The notes under the pieces are model-generated. The model ran no database searches. It saw only the letters and a program-made list of their open reading frames with translations, and was not told the DNA's origin. A program made the translations under genes and the position numbers. A DNA stretch of 64,000 nucleotides from Deltaproteobacteria bacterium (GTDB lineage: Bacteria; Desulfobacterota_D; UBA1144; Nemesobacterales; CSP1-2): positions 160,001 through 224,000 of the forward strand of contig JBQTHB010000006.1 of the NCBI GenBank assembly GCA_052390235.1. The letters are read 5' to 3'. Positions 46,097 to 56,041 of the stretch are shown one piece after another. Position 1 is the stretch's first letter; each line of letters starts with the position of its first letter.

Positions 46097-48403
46097 ATGG
46101 ACGAGAGAGAGAAATTAAAACCTAGTCCGCAGACCCCGCAGGAGAGCGGCAAGCCGAGGATTGGGGCGAGGGCAAAGTCAGCCGCAGGGGGTTTTGCTAT
46201 CGTCTCCGCAATCAAGCGCGCATACTCGGAAATGGGCGTATCGAGAGGGGTTAGAACGCTTCTTAGGGTGAATCAAAGGGGCGGTTTCGACTGCCAGAGC
46301 TGCGCCTGGCCCAACCCGGAAGAGGAGCGGCATACGGCTGAATTCTGCGAGAACGGGGCAAAAGCCGTCGCCGATGAAGCGACTCTAAAGCGCGTGAATC
46401 CAGATTTTTTCCGCAATTGGACGGTTTCGCGGCTCGCCGAGCAGTCGGATTTCTGGCTCAACGCGCAGGGGCGGCTCGCTCATCCGATGATTCTTAGGGA
46501 GGGAAGCCGGCGCTACGAGCCTCTGTGTTGGGAGGAGGCGTTCGAGATTATCGCAGAGGAGCTAAAATGCCTCTCATCGCCGGATGAAGCGCTCTTCTAC
46601 ACCTCCGGGCGGACGAGCAACGAGGCGGCTTTTTTGTATCAGCTCTTCGCAAGGGAGTTCGGCACGAATAACCTTCCGGACTGCTCCAATATGTGCCACG
46701 AGTCAAGCGGCAGAGCGCTCGGCGAGGTCATAGGGGTGGGCAAAGGCACGGTGAGCCTCAGGGATTTCGAGCTTGCCGAGGCGATATTCGTCGTCGGGCA
46801 GAACCCGGGGACGAATCATCCGAGAATGCTCGCATCTCTGGAAAAGGCAAAACGCGGGGGCGCGAAAATCGTCGCCGTAAACCCCCTGCCCGAAGCCGGA
46901 CTCATGCGCTTTAAAAACCCTCAGGAAATCCTAAGGGGAATCATCGGGGGCGGCACAGAGCTTGCCGACCTCTTCCTTCAAGTGCGCATCGGAGGGGATA
47001 TCGCGCTTTTCAAAGGCATCATGAAGCAGATGCTTCAGCGTGAGACCCTGCGCCCCGGCTCGGTCTTAGATTCGGGTTTCATCAGCGAATTCACCGCAGG
47101 ATTCGAGGGCTTCAGGGATAGCACAGAGCGCGCGGGATGGGACGAAATCCTGCGGGAGAGCGGCGTCTCGCGGGAGGCTATCGGCAAAGCCGCGCAGATT
47201 GCGGCGCAGTCCAGGGCAACTATTGTCTGCTGGGCTATGGGGATTACTCAGCACAAACACGCCGTGGCAACGATTCAAGAGATAGTCAATTTCCTGCTCC
47301 TGCGAGGGCAAATTGGCAAACCCGGCGCGGGGGTCTGCCCCGTCAGAGGGCATAGCAACGTCCAAGGCGACCGCACCATGGGTATTTGCGAGCGACCGAC
47401 TGAGGCGTTTTTGGACGCTCTGGCGCGCGAGTTTGGCTTCACCCCGCCCCGCCGGCACGGATTCGACACCGTGCAGGCAATTGAGGCAATGCACAGCGGC
47501 AGAGCAAAGGTGTTTATTGCAATGGGAGGGAATTTTCTCTCTGCAACGCCCGACACCCGATACACCGCCCGCGCTCTGGGAAAATGCTCCCTCACCGTTC
47601 AAATATCCACTAAACTCAGCCGCTCGCACCTCATCACTGGAAGGCGCGCTCTCATCCTCCCCTGCCTCGGACGCTCCGAGCAGGACACTCAGGCATCAGG
47701 CGGGCAGTTCGTAACGGTAGAAGACTCGATGAGCATCATAAGCTCCTCACAAGGATTCCTCCCGCCGGCATCAGAGCATCTCATGAGCGAGCTTGCTATA
47801 GTTGCAGGAATTGCAAGGGCGACTCTCGGAGGGAGAAGCCGAGTAAACTGGCAGGGGTTCGCCGGAAACTATGACCGCATCCGGGACTCCATCGAGCGGG
47901 TAATTCCGGGATTCGAGGGCTTCAACAAACGCATCCGCGAGGGGAGCTTTTATCTTCCGAACAGGGCAGGAGAGCGAAAATTCGACACGCCGACGCAGAG
48001 GGCGACATTTACAACCCACCCGATCCCCCGCGCCGGAGTGGAATCGGGGCGATACGCGATGATGACCATCCGAAGCCACGACCAGTTCAACACGACCGTT
48101 TACGGCTTGGACGACCGCTACCGCGGGGTTTATGGCGGCAGGCGCGTAATTTTTCTCAACGCCGAAGATATGAGAGATGAGGGGATTGCCGAGGGTCAGT
48201 TTGTGGACATCACGAGCCACTTCGAGGGCGAAGAGCGCGGGGCAGAGAAATTCGCCGCCGTCCCCTATGACATCCCCAGAGGGTGCGCCGCGACTTATTT
48301 CCCCGAAGCAAACCCTCTAGTGCCGATACGCAGCACGGCTGAGATTAGCAATACGCCCACGTCAAAATTCATCGTCATAAGCCTCAAGCCCTCGGAGCAA
48401 TAA
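46097..48403 (+). CDS. FdhF/YdeP family molybdopterin oxidoreductase
   Basis: GFDCQSCAWP, EFCENGAK, YTSGRTSNE, NNLPDCSNMCHE, RGHSNVQG, RSHDQFNTT. Confidence 0.93.
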   Translation: MDEREKLKPSPQTPQESGKPRIGARAKSAAGGFAIVSAIKRAYSEMGVSRGVRTLLRVNQRGGFDCQSCAWPNPEEERHTAEFCENGAKAVADEATLKRVNPDFFRNWTVSRLAEQSDFWLNAQGRLAHPMILREGSRRYEPLCWEEAFEIIAEELKCLSSPDEALFYTSGRTSNEAAFLYQLFAREFGTNNLPDCSNMCHESSGRALGEVIGVGKGTVSLRDFELAEAIFVVGQNPGTNHPRMLASLEKAKRGGAKIVAVNPLPEAGLMRFKNPQEILRGIIGGGTELADLFLQVRIGGDIALFKGIMKQMLQRETLRPGSVLDSGFISEFTAGFEGFRDSTERAGWDEILRESGVSREAIGKAAQIAAQSRATIVCWAMGITQHKHAVATIQEIVNFLLLRGQIGKPGAGVCPVRGHSNVQGDRTMGICERPTEAFLDALAREFGFTPPRRHGFDTVQAIEAMHSGRAKVFIAMGGNFLSATPDTRYTARALGKCSLTVQISTKLSRSHLITGRRALILPCLGRSEQDTQASGGQFVTVEDSMSIISSSQGFLPPASEHLMSELAIVAGIARATLGGRSRVNWQGFAGNYDRIRDSIERVIPGFEGFNKRIREGSFYLPNRAGERKFDTPTQRATFTTHPIPRAGVESGRYAMMTIRSHDQFNTTVYGLDDRYRGVYGGRRVIFLNAEDMRDEGIAEGQFVDITSHFEGEERGAEKFAAVPYDIPRGCAATYFPEANPLVPIRSTAEISNTPTSKFIVISLKPSEQ

Positions 48404-48474
48404 ATCTCAAGAAGCGAATTCCCAGCTCAAGAGGGGCGGAGAAAAGGGTTTATACATCACCCCGTACTCCCGCC

Positions 48475-51249
48475 CTAATGCGCCTCAGCCCAGTTTGCGC
48501 CGACCCCCATCTCCACGGAAAGCGGCACGGATAGCTTCCACGCCCCCTCCATTTCGGCTTTGACAATTCTGCGAAGCTCGTAGAGTTCGTCCTCGTGAAC
48601 CTCGAATAGAAGCTCGTCGTGTACCTGGAGTATCATGCGGGACTTATAGCCCCTGAGGCTCTCTCGGATTTTAATCATCGCTATCTTGATTATGTCGGCG
48701 GCTGTGCCTTGAATGGGCGTATTGATTGCCGTGCGCTCGCCGAATCCGCGCAGAGTTCTGTCTTTCGAGGCAAGCTCAGGTATCGGGCGGCGGCGTCCGA
48801 GGATGGTCTCGGCAAAGCCCCTGCCCCTCGCCTCCTCAATCGAGCGCTCCATGTAGGATTTCACCCCTCCGTAGCGCTTGAAATACTCGTCTATGTACCC
48901 CTTGGCGACGGTGTTTGAAGAGCCTAGCTGTCTTGCCAGCCCGAACGCGCTAATGCCGTAGATGATGCCGAAGTTTATCGTCTTGGCGAGCCTTCTCATA
49001 TCCGGGGTAACGCTCTTTTCATCCACGCCAAAAATCTCCGCTCCGGTTCTCGTGTGAATATCCGCCCCCCTCAAGAACGCTTCAATTAAATTCTCATCCC
49101 CTGAGAAATGGGCGAGAAGCCGAAGCTCAATTTGGGAATAATCCGCCGAGAGCATGACGAACCCCTCTTCGGGGACGAAGGCCTCTCTGATGCGTCTGCC
49201 CTCGGGGGTTTTAATTGGGATGTTCTGGAGGTTTGGCTCGCTTGAACTGAGCCTGCCCGTGGTTGTGCCGGTCTGATTGAACGAGGTGTGGATGCGCCCT
49301 GTTTTGGGGTTTACGAGCCTCGGCAGGGCATCAACATAAGTGGATTTGAGCTTCATAAGCCCCCTGTGTTCCAGCACGCGCGCAGGCACTTCGTGAATCT
49401 CGGCAAGCTCGGATAGGACTTCGACGTCCGTAGAAGCCTCGCCGCCTTTGGTGAGCTTCTTGCGCGGGAGCCCGATTCTCTCGAATAGAATTTCCCGAAG
49501 CTGCGCCGGGGAGTTGAGATTAAACCTCTCGCCGACCTGCGAATAAATCCCCTCGGCGATTCTATCGAGTCCCTTTTCAAATTCAACCGAGAGCCTGCCG
49601 AGAAACCGCGAGTCAATCCCAACGCCGCAGGATTCCATATCCGCAAGCACGGGAATAAATCTAAGCTCGACCTGCCGGTAATTGTCCATCAATCCGAGAT
49701 TGTCCAAATCCGGCGAGAGTCGCCGCTCCAGAGCAAGCGCAACGTCCGCATCCTCGCATGAATAGACCCTAGCCCGCTCCAAATCTACTTGGTCGAAGGC
49801 AATTTTACCCTTTCCCGACCCCGTAACGTCCTCGTAGGTGATGGTCTTGTGCGCGAGGTAAATGCGGGAAAGCTCGTCGAGGCTATAGCTCATGCGGGAT
49901 GAGTCGAGCGTGTGGGCGGCTATCATGGCATCAGAGGATATGCCCCTTAGCTCAATCCCGTGCCGGCGAAGGATAATATACTCGTACTTGAGATTCTGCC
50001 CGATTTTACGAATCCCATCGCTCTCTAAGAGGGGTTTTAGCTTATCGAGCAGGAATTCGAGTTTTAACTGCGCGGCGGGGGCTCCGAGAAGAGAGCTATG
50101 CCCGACGGGAACGTAGTGAGCCTCCCCAGGGGCGTGGCAGAGGGCAACGCCAACAATTTCCGCATCTATCGGGCTAAGGGACGTCGTCTCGAGGTCAATG
50201 GAAAGCTCCCCGGTGCGCGCTATTGCCTCGATAACCTCGGCGAGGGCTTCGCCGGAGGATACGAGCCGGTAGTTATCATAGGAAATTGTGTCCGCGTCAG
50301 CGCCGCCGGGGGATTTTTCCGATTCCTGCGCCCTGACGATGCGCGAATCGAGCGGGCGAATGAATCCGGCGGGCCTATTTACCGGCCCTGCGGCTTCGGA
50401 TTTAAGCGCGTCTCGCAGGAGGGAGTGGAACTCGAATTCCTCGAACAGAGCGCGAAGCTCGTCGCGGCGCGCGCCCTCGTACTTGAAATCGGCAATAGAG
50501 GCGGCAATGGGGACTTTTATGTCTATCGTCGCAAGGGCTTTGCTGAGGATGACCTTGTCTCTGTCGTTTATGAGAATTTCTCTCTGACGGGGGGATAGGG
50601 AGTCTAAATTTGCGTATAGACTATCGAGCGAGCCGAATTTTTTAATAAGCCCCGAGGCGGTTTTATCGCCGATTCCCCTAGCCCCGGGAATGTTGTCCAC
50701 TGAATCCCCTGAGAGGGCAAGCACGTCAACGACTCTCTCGGGCAGGACGCCGAATTTCTCCTCGACATCTCTGGCGCCCGTCCGCCTGCCGTGCATCGTG
50801 TCGAAGAGCGTGATTTTATCCGAGACGATTTGGCAGAAGTCCTTATCGCCCGTTACGATGACGACGCTTATTCCGTCCCTCTCGGCGGATTTGGCGAATG
50901 TGCCAATGATGTCGTCAGCCTCAAAACCCTCCATCTGGAAATCGGCGACTCCGATGGCGCGGGTAATATCAAAAATCCGCGGGAATTGGATTTTTAGCTC
51001 GTCGGGCGGCTCGGAGCGTCCCGCTTTGTAGAGGGGATAATACTCGTGGCGGAAGGTTTTATCCTTGGAATCGAAGACGGCGGCTATGTATCGGGGGTTT
51101 GCGCCTTTGATAAATTTCATTAGCATCGAGGAATAGCCAAATAGCGCGTTCGTGGGAAACCCCCGCGAGGTGGCAAGACCCCTCACGCCGTGAAAAGCCC
51201 GAAACACGTAGGAGCTTGCGTCAATTAGGTATAAAATTGGCTCGGTCAT
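48475..51249 (-). CDS. polA: DNA polymerase I
   Basis: 5'-3' exonuclease, 3'-5' exonuclease (DLET) and polymerase motifs DYSQIELR, KTINFG, QVHDEL. Confidence 0.98.
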   Translation of the reverse strand: MTEPILYLIDASSYVFRAFHGVRGLATSRGFPTNALFGYSSMLMKFIKGANPRYIAAVFDSKDKTFRHEYYPLYKAGRSEPPDELKIQFPRIFDITRAIGVADFQMEGFEADDIIGTFAKSAERDGISVVIVTGDKDFCQIVSDKITLFDTMHGRRTGARDVEEKFGVLPERVVDVLALSGDSVDNIPGARGIGDKTASGLIKKFGSLDSLYANLDSLSPRQREILINDRDKVILSKALATIDIKVPIAASIADFKYEGARRDELRALFEEFEFHSLLRDALKSEAAGPVNRPAGFIRPLDSRIVRAQESEKSPGGADADTISYDNYRLVSSGEALAEVIEAIARTGELSIDLETTSLSPIDAEIVGVALCHAPGEAHYVPVGHSSLLGAPAAQLKLEFLLDKLKPLLESDGIRKIGQNLKYEYIILRRHGIELRGISSDAMIAAHTLDSSRMSYSLDELSRIYLAHKTITYEDVTGSGKGKIAFDQVDLERARVYSCEDADVALALERRLSPDLDNLGLMDNYRQVELRFIPVLADMESCGVGIDSRFLGRLSVEFEKGLDRIAEGIYSQVGERFNLNSPAQLREILFERIGLPRKKLTKGGEASTDVEVLSELAEIHEVPARVLEHRGLMKLKSTYVDALPRLVNPKTGRIHTSFNQTGTTTGRLSSSEPNLQNIPIKTPEGRRIREAFVPEEGFVMLSADYSQIELRLLAHFSGDENLIEAFLRGADIHTRTGAEIFGVDEKSVTPDMRRLAKTINFGIIYGISAFGLARQLGSSNTVAKGYIDEYFKRYGGVKSYMERSIEEARGRGFAETILGRRRPIPELASKDRTLRGFGERTAINTPIQGTAADIIKIAMIKIRESLRGYKSRMILQVHDELLFEVHEDELYELRRIVKAEMEGAWKLSVPLSVEMGVGANWAEAH

Positions 51250-51262
51250 CGCCCTACATTAT

Positions 51263-51304
51263 GCAGGATGCCGGGCGCAGGATGCAAGATTTACGATACG
51301 CGAT
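51263..51304 (+). repeat. Degenerate heptamer tandem repeat
   Basis: gcaggat gccgggc gcaggat gcaagat ttacgat acgcgat. Confidence 0.6.
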
Positions 51305-51358
51305 GCAGCGCCTAAGTTGTCGCGAATGGGAAAATATGCAAAGCTCTAATAACTCACA

Positions 51359-52558
51359 ATGGACAGGGACTGCGAAATTCTCATCGCCGGCGCAGGCATC
51401 ACGGGGCTTGCCATAGCGCGCGAGCTTCTAAGACGCGGCGAGGGCGGCATTGTCATCATCGAGAAGGAAAAATCCCCCGGCATCCACGCAAGCGGCAGAA
51501 ACAGCGGAGTGCTTCACGCGGGAGTCTATTACGCCCCCGACACGCTAAAGGCAAAATTCTGCGCCGAGGGAAACCGTCTCATGAGAGAGTTCTGCCGCGA
51601 AAAGGGACTCGCCCTCATAGAATGCGGCAAGTTGATAGTTACGCGGGATGAGTCTAGGCTCGAAGGGCTGTTTGAACTCAAGGCAAGAGCCGACCTCTGC
51701 GGCGCAAGGGCTTTTATAGTGGATGAAAGAGACGCCGCGCAAATTGAACCCTACGCCAAGACCTGCGGGAGGGCGCTCTTCTCCCCCGATACAGCCGTGA
51801 TTAACCCGGGGCAGATAGTTTCCGCTCTCGCCCGCGAGATTGAACTTTCGGGAATGGCGCACATCCTCTATGGGGCGCGTTTTATGAGGCTCAAAGGGAG
51901 CGGCAGGGCGGTAACATCGGCTGGAGTGATAAAATTCGGCAAATTTATAAACGCCGCAGGAGCGCACGCCGACACCTTAGCGCATACATTCGGAGTCGGG
52001 AGAAATTTCAAAATTATCCCCTTCAAAGGGAGCTATAAAAAGCTCAGGAAAGAGCGCGATTTTCTCGTGCGAGGCAACATTTACCCCGTGCCGGATTTAA
52101 GAAACCCATTTCTGGGTATTCACTTCACCAGAGGGGCGGACGGGAGCGTTTACGCAGGCCCAACGGCAACTCCGGCGTTCGGGCGCGAGCAGTACGGCGG
52201 TTTCGGGAAACCGTCTTTTGAAGCCCTCTCGATACTCTATCGGGACGGGGCGATGTTTCTGCGCAATGAGGCGTTTCGAGCCTCCGCCGTGGACGAGATA
52301 AAAAAACTCGGGAAGCGGTATTTCTTTGAAGAGGCGGCGGGACTCGTCCAGGGGCTTGCGCCGGAAGACCTAGTTGAGACGGATAAATCCGGCATCAGGG
52401 CTCAACTCGTGGATTGGGAAGCGAAGAGGCTCGTCATGGATTTCATGCTAATCAGGGACGGGGGCTCGCTCCATGTGCTGAACGCAATATCGCCGGCTTT
52501 CACCTCGTCAATGGCGTTTGCAAGGCACGCGGCGGACGTGTTTCTTGCAAAATCATAG
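51359..52558 (+). CDS. lhgO: L-2-hydroxyglutarate oxidase family FAD oxidoreductase
   Basis: GAGITG, HASGRNSGVLHAGVYY, IYPVPD..PFLGIHFT, GIRAQ, SPAFTS. Confidence 0.85.
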   Translation: MDRDCEILIAGAGITGLAIARELLRRGEGGIVIIEKEKSPGIHASGRNSGVLHAGVYYAPDTLKAKFCAEGNRLMREFCREKGLALIECGKLIVTRDESRLEGLFELKARADLCGARAFIVDERDAAQIEPYAKTCGRALFSPDTAVINPGQIVSALAREIELSGMAHILYGARFMRLKGSGRAVTSAGVIKFGKFINAAGAHADTLAHTFGVGRNFKIIPFKGSYKKLRKERDFLVRGNIYPVPDLRNPFLGIHFTRGADGSVYAGPTATPAFGREQYGGFGKPSFEALSILYRDGAMFLRNEAFRASAVDEIKKLGKRYFFEEAAGLVQGLAPEDLVETDKSGIRAQLVDWEAKRLVMDFMLIRDGGSLHVLNAISPAFTSSMAFARHAADVFLAKS

Positions 52559-52681
52559 CGGAGAGGGAAGAGAGTTTTTAGTGGCGAGTGATGAAACCTG
52601 GAGCTGGAAACCTGAGATTATCCAGCCCCTGCGAGAATTCGCGCCCAAGTCCCCCCCCAACCCCTGCGCCATCGAGCTAAA

Positions 52682-53863
52682 TCACGATGTAACGCGGGCG
52701 AGAAATCCGCTAAAAAGAACGCCGCGCAGGTTCGGGCTTCTGAGGATTTTAACAACGGCGTCCTTGTGCCAGTCAAACTTGCCCCTTTCGGCGATGAACG
52801 AGAAAAGCCCGTCGGTTTTTGCGGCGTGAAATAGCTTGTCAATGTAGGGGTCGTCGAGCTTTGAGTAAAACCTGTGGAAATACTCGCCGAACCTGACCTC
52901 TCTGCCAACGCTTTTTTGCCATATTCTCTCATATTCAGAAAGCGCGCGGGCATCGAGGGAGCCTTTGGCGAGCGCCTTTCGGATAACATCTGAGGCGATT
53001 TGAGCCGTGATGAGACCGTAGTAAATCCCCCCGCCCGTGGTGGTTTTTATATGCCCCGCCGCCTCTCCTATGGCGATGATTCTATCAGCGTAGCTTCGGC
53101 GTATCGCTCCGAATGCTATGCCTCGGCGCATCGCGCGGCTCAATTCTAAATCCGCATCAATCCAGGGGCTGACCTTGGCGATGGTGTTTTTCAACTCCTC
53201 GGATGCGTCCCCCGTGGTCATCACGCCGATTCTCGTCCGCCCGTCAAGCAGGGGAATCGCCCAGCCGAAAAATCCTCTTGAGGAGCCGTTGCCGAAGTAA
53301 ATTTTAAGGCGGTCGGCTTCGTTGAATTTCACGTCAACCTGAATGCCTTTGATGATTTTTTTCGGACGCCCAAGCCCAAGAGCAGACTGTAGATTGAAGC
53401 TAACCCCAGTGGCTAGGACGGCGATGCGGGCGTGTATAGTAGAAATCCCGTACTCGGTTTGAACCCGGGCCTCAACTCGGTCTGCGGTGGGATGGAGCGA
53501 GAGGACTTTTGCGCCGAGGCAAATGGACGCGCCCCTGTCCCGCGCAATATCGGCAAGACGCGCGTCAAATGCGTGCCTGTCAACCACAACCGCGGCTTCC
53601 TCCGGGTGGGAGTAGCTAATTGAAATCCCTCCCGGCGAGATGAGTTCGGCTTCCTGAAGCCTTGCGGCTACCGTCTCTTTGGGAAGGTCAAACCTCCTGA
53701 AAGCCTCGGCGCTTATGACCCCGGAGCAGACAACCCCCTCGCCGATTTCGGAATCCTGCTCAAAGAGAACCGTTTCACAGCCGTATTCGGATAGCTCGGA
53801 TGCGGCGTGAAGGCCGCTTGGCCCTCCGCCAACGATAATTACATCACAACTGGCTCTGTGCAA
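52682..53863 (-). CDS. Geranylgeranyl reductase family FAD oxidoreductase (start uncertain)
   Basis: DVIIVGGGPSG, CSG, DRHAFD, FFGWAIP, GEAAGHIKTTTGGGI. Confidence 0.85.
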   Translation of the reverse strand: MHRASCDVIIVGGGPSGLHAASELSEYGCETVLFEQDSEIGEGVVCSGVISAEAFRRFDLPKETVAARLQEAELISPGGISISYSHPEEAAVVVDRHAFDARLADIARDRGASICLGAKVLSLHPTADRVEARVQTEYGISTIHARIAVLATGVSFNLQSALGLGRPKKIIKGIQVDVKFNEADRLKIYFGNGSSRGFFGWAIPLLDGRTRIGVMTTGDASEELKNTIAKVSPWIDADLELSRAMRRGIAFGAIRRSYADRIIAIGEAAGHIKTTTGGGIYYGLITAQIASDVIRKALAKGSLDARALSEYERIWQKSVGREVRFGEYFHRFYSKLDDPYIDKLFHAAKTDGLFSFIAERGKFDWHKDAVVKILRSPNLRGVLFSGFLARVTS

Positions 53864-53959
53864 TTTAGCTATTTTTTTCCCGCAATTGTTGATTGGACAC
53901 GAGAATAATACCTGATAACGCAGAATTTTCTTGCCGCCGCGCCCGCCCATAGCCCCAAA

Positions 53960-53988
53960 TTGACAGACTCTCCTAGGCAAACTATAAT
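53960..53988 (+). promoter_or_regulatory. Consensus sigma70 promoter for the Fur-family regulator and cbiMQO
   Basis: TTGACA-N17-TATAAT. Confidence 0.85.
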
Positions 53989-53989
53989 C

Positions 53990-54010
53990 AATTGATAGAG
54001 TTTCTCAATT
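53990..54010 (+). promoter_or_regulatory. Fur-type operator (probably autoregulatory)
   Basis: AATTGATAGAGTTTCTCAATT, 21-bp imperfect palindrome just after the -10 element. Confidence 0.7.
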
Positions 54011-54012
54011 AG

Positions 54013-54477
54013 ATGCAGATGACGAAGAAGCAACACAGGTCAACAGAAAGCTCGGAAGAGAGGACGCTCTCGGCAAAAGCCCTGTTTCACAATCGCGGGT
54101 TTAAATGCACCCCTCAGCGTCTCGCCGTACTCAGGGCGCTTGAGCAGTGCAGAGGGCATATGGCTATATCGGAAATTCACGCAAAGGTCAGAGACACACT
54201 CCCAGGCACGGGGCTTGCCACGGTATATCGCGCCCTTGAGACGCTCATCAATATATCGCTAGTCGTGAAAGTTCACCTCGAAGACAATCGCCATAGCTAT
54301 TCCATCGCCCCTGAGGGACACCGCCACCCCGTAGTGTGCGTCGAGTGCAGCAGCGTCGTGGAATTTGCCGAATGCCCGCTTCAGGACATAGCCGACGCGG
54401 TATCGAAGCGGACCGGATTTTTAGTGGAGAGGCACTTTCTGCAACTGTTCGGCAGATGTCAAAAATGCAGGCTTTAA
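54013..54477 (+). CDS. Fur family transcriptional regulator
   Basis: TPQRLAV, ATVYRAL, HRHPVVCVEC, GRCQKC. Confidence 0.93.
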   Translation: MQMTKKQHRSTESSEERTLSAKALFHNRGFKCTPQRLAVLRALEQCRGHMAISEIHAKVRDTLPGTGLATVYRALETLINISLVVKVHLEDNRHSYSIAPEGHRHPVVCVECSSVVEFAECPLQDIADAVSKRTGFLVERHFLQLFGRCQKCRL

Positions 54478-54500
54478 TAAACATCGGAGAGAATAGATAA

Positions 54501-55211
54501 ATGTCCCATTTTCATATACCCGACGGCGTGTTTCCGGTATGGCTCGTGATGGCGGGCTGGATAATTTGCGCCGCGGTGCTTTGGCTGTGCATCAGGAGGG
54601 CGCAGAAAGAGGGGATTGAGAGAAAACTGCCGCTTCTTGGGATAATTTCAGCCCTCATGATAGTCGGCATGACTCTTGAGATCGCCCCGATAGCCTATCA
54701 CCTCAATCTAAGCGTTATCGCCGGAGTGGTGCTTGGGCCCGCGCTTGGTTTCATAGCGGTTTTCATCGTGGATTTAATTATCGCCATGTTCGGACACGGC
54801 GGAATCACGGTCGTGGGGCTCAACACGCTCATAGTCGGGGCGGAGGTGGCGGTTGGGTTTTACCTGTTCCGTTTTTTCCTGTTTTTCCTAAGACACAGGA
54901 ACTTCTCCGTGGGTATATCCTCTGCGCTTGCAACGGCGCTGAGCTTAATCCTAAGCGCCTCGTTTATGATAGCCTCGGTCTATTTATCCGAGATAAAACC
55001 CGAGGTCATCGCCGCCGCCGAGCATGGACACACTGAGCAAACCGCCGCGCCACACAGCCCCGCGGCAACAGGGGTGGACATCGGCAGATTTGCCAAAATG
55101 ACATTTATCCTCGGCGCCTTCGGATGGATTCTCGAAGCGGCAATAACGGGGCTTGTCATCGGCTATGTATTCCGCGTGAGACCCGATTTAATTCCGCACG
55201 GGGCTAGGTAG
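54501..55211 (+). CDS. cbiM: ECF-type Co/Ni transporter S component (CbiM/NikM family)
   Basis: HIPDG, YHLNL, LGP, FGHGGITVVGLN. Confidence 0.85.
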   Translation: MSHFHIPDGVFPVWLVMAGWIICAAVLWLCIRRAQKEGIERKLPLLGIISALMIVGMTLEIAPIAYHLNLSVIAGVVLGPALGFIAVFIVDLIIAMFGHGGITVVGLNTLIVGAEVAVGFYLFRFFLFFLRHRNFSVGISSALATALSLILSASFMIASVYLSEIKPEVIAAAEHGHTEQTAAPHSPAATGVDIGRFAKMTFILGAFGWILEAAITGLVIGYVFRVRPDLIPHGAR

Positions 55212-55213
55212 TC

Positions 55214-56041
55214 ATGGATATAGGACTCATTGACTACTTTGCCAACTCAGGCGGCAGTTTTCTTCACCGCGCATCGCCCTCTGCCAAATTAGGATTTACC
55301 GCCATCGCCATCGCCTCAATCATCGCGGCTGAGGATTTTATCCCCCTCGCCTGCATATATCTGACTCTCGCCGCCATAACGGCGCTGACGCGGCTCCCCT
55401 TTATTAAAATCCTCTCCATAGCCGCCTATCCCGCCATATTCGCCCTGCTCTTCGCCCTGACCGCTTGGAGGGGAGATTGGACGCAAAGCGCCGCTCTCGT
55501 TCTCAAAGCCCTCGACGCCGCACTCTTAATGACCATTTTTATAACGACGACGCCCTATCCCGCAGTCTTTGCGCGCATAAGCTCGGTTCTGCCGAAAATC
55601 GTAGCCGAGGGACTTTTTATGACCTATCGCTCCCTTTTCATACTGCTTGGGCTAATGGATAACCTCCTTCGGGCGCTGACCGTAAGGGGAGGTTTCAGCC
55701 CCGGGGCGTATCTCAGAAACACGATGAACTTCGCCTCTGGCATAGGGCTTTTGCTCATCAAAGGGTTTGACCTATCTGAGAAAATGTACGGGGTCATGAA
55801 AATACGAGGCTACGAGGGCAGGCTGTCCGGCGGAGGCTTCGGGGAAGGCGAGACATCGGGCTGGGAGGATGCCGCCGTAATTTCTATCGGATGCCTGTAC
55901 TTAGGATTTTCCCTCGCTTGGAGGGCAGTGGAGCCGTCGTGGGAGGTTCAATGCGCCGCCCTTGCCGCATCCGCCATACTAGTCTCGGGGATTTCAATAT
56001 ATCGCGCTATTTCGAGAGGTTTGCACATTTGGAAGAGATAA
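55214..56041 (+). CDS. cbiQ: ECF transporter T component
   Basis: SFLHRASP, TTPY, MTYRSLF, VRG, MKIRGY. Confidence 0.85.
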   Translation: MDIGLIDYFANSGGSFLHRASPSAKLGFTAIAIASIIAAEDFIPLACIYLTLAAITALTRLPFIKILSIAAYPAIFALLFALTAWRGDWTQSAALVLKALDAALLMTIFITTTPYPAVFARISSVLPKIVAEGLFMTYRSLFILLGLMDNLLRALTVRGGFSPGAYLRNTMNFASGIGLLLIKGFDLSEKMYGVMKIRGYEGRLSGGGFGEGETSGWEDAAVISIGCLYLGFSLAWRAVEPSWEVQCAALAASAILVSGISIYRAISRGLHIWKR

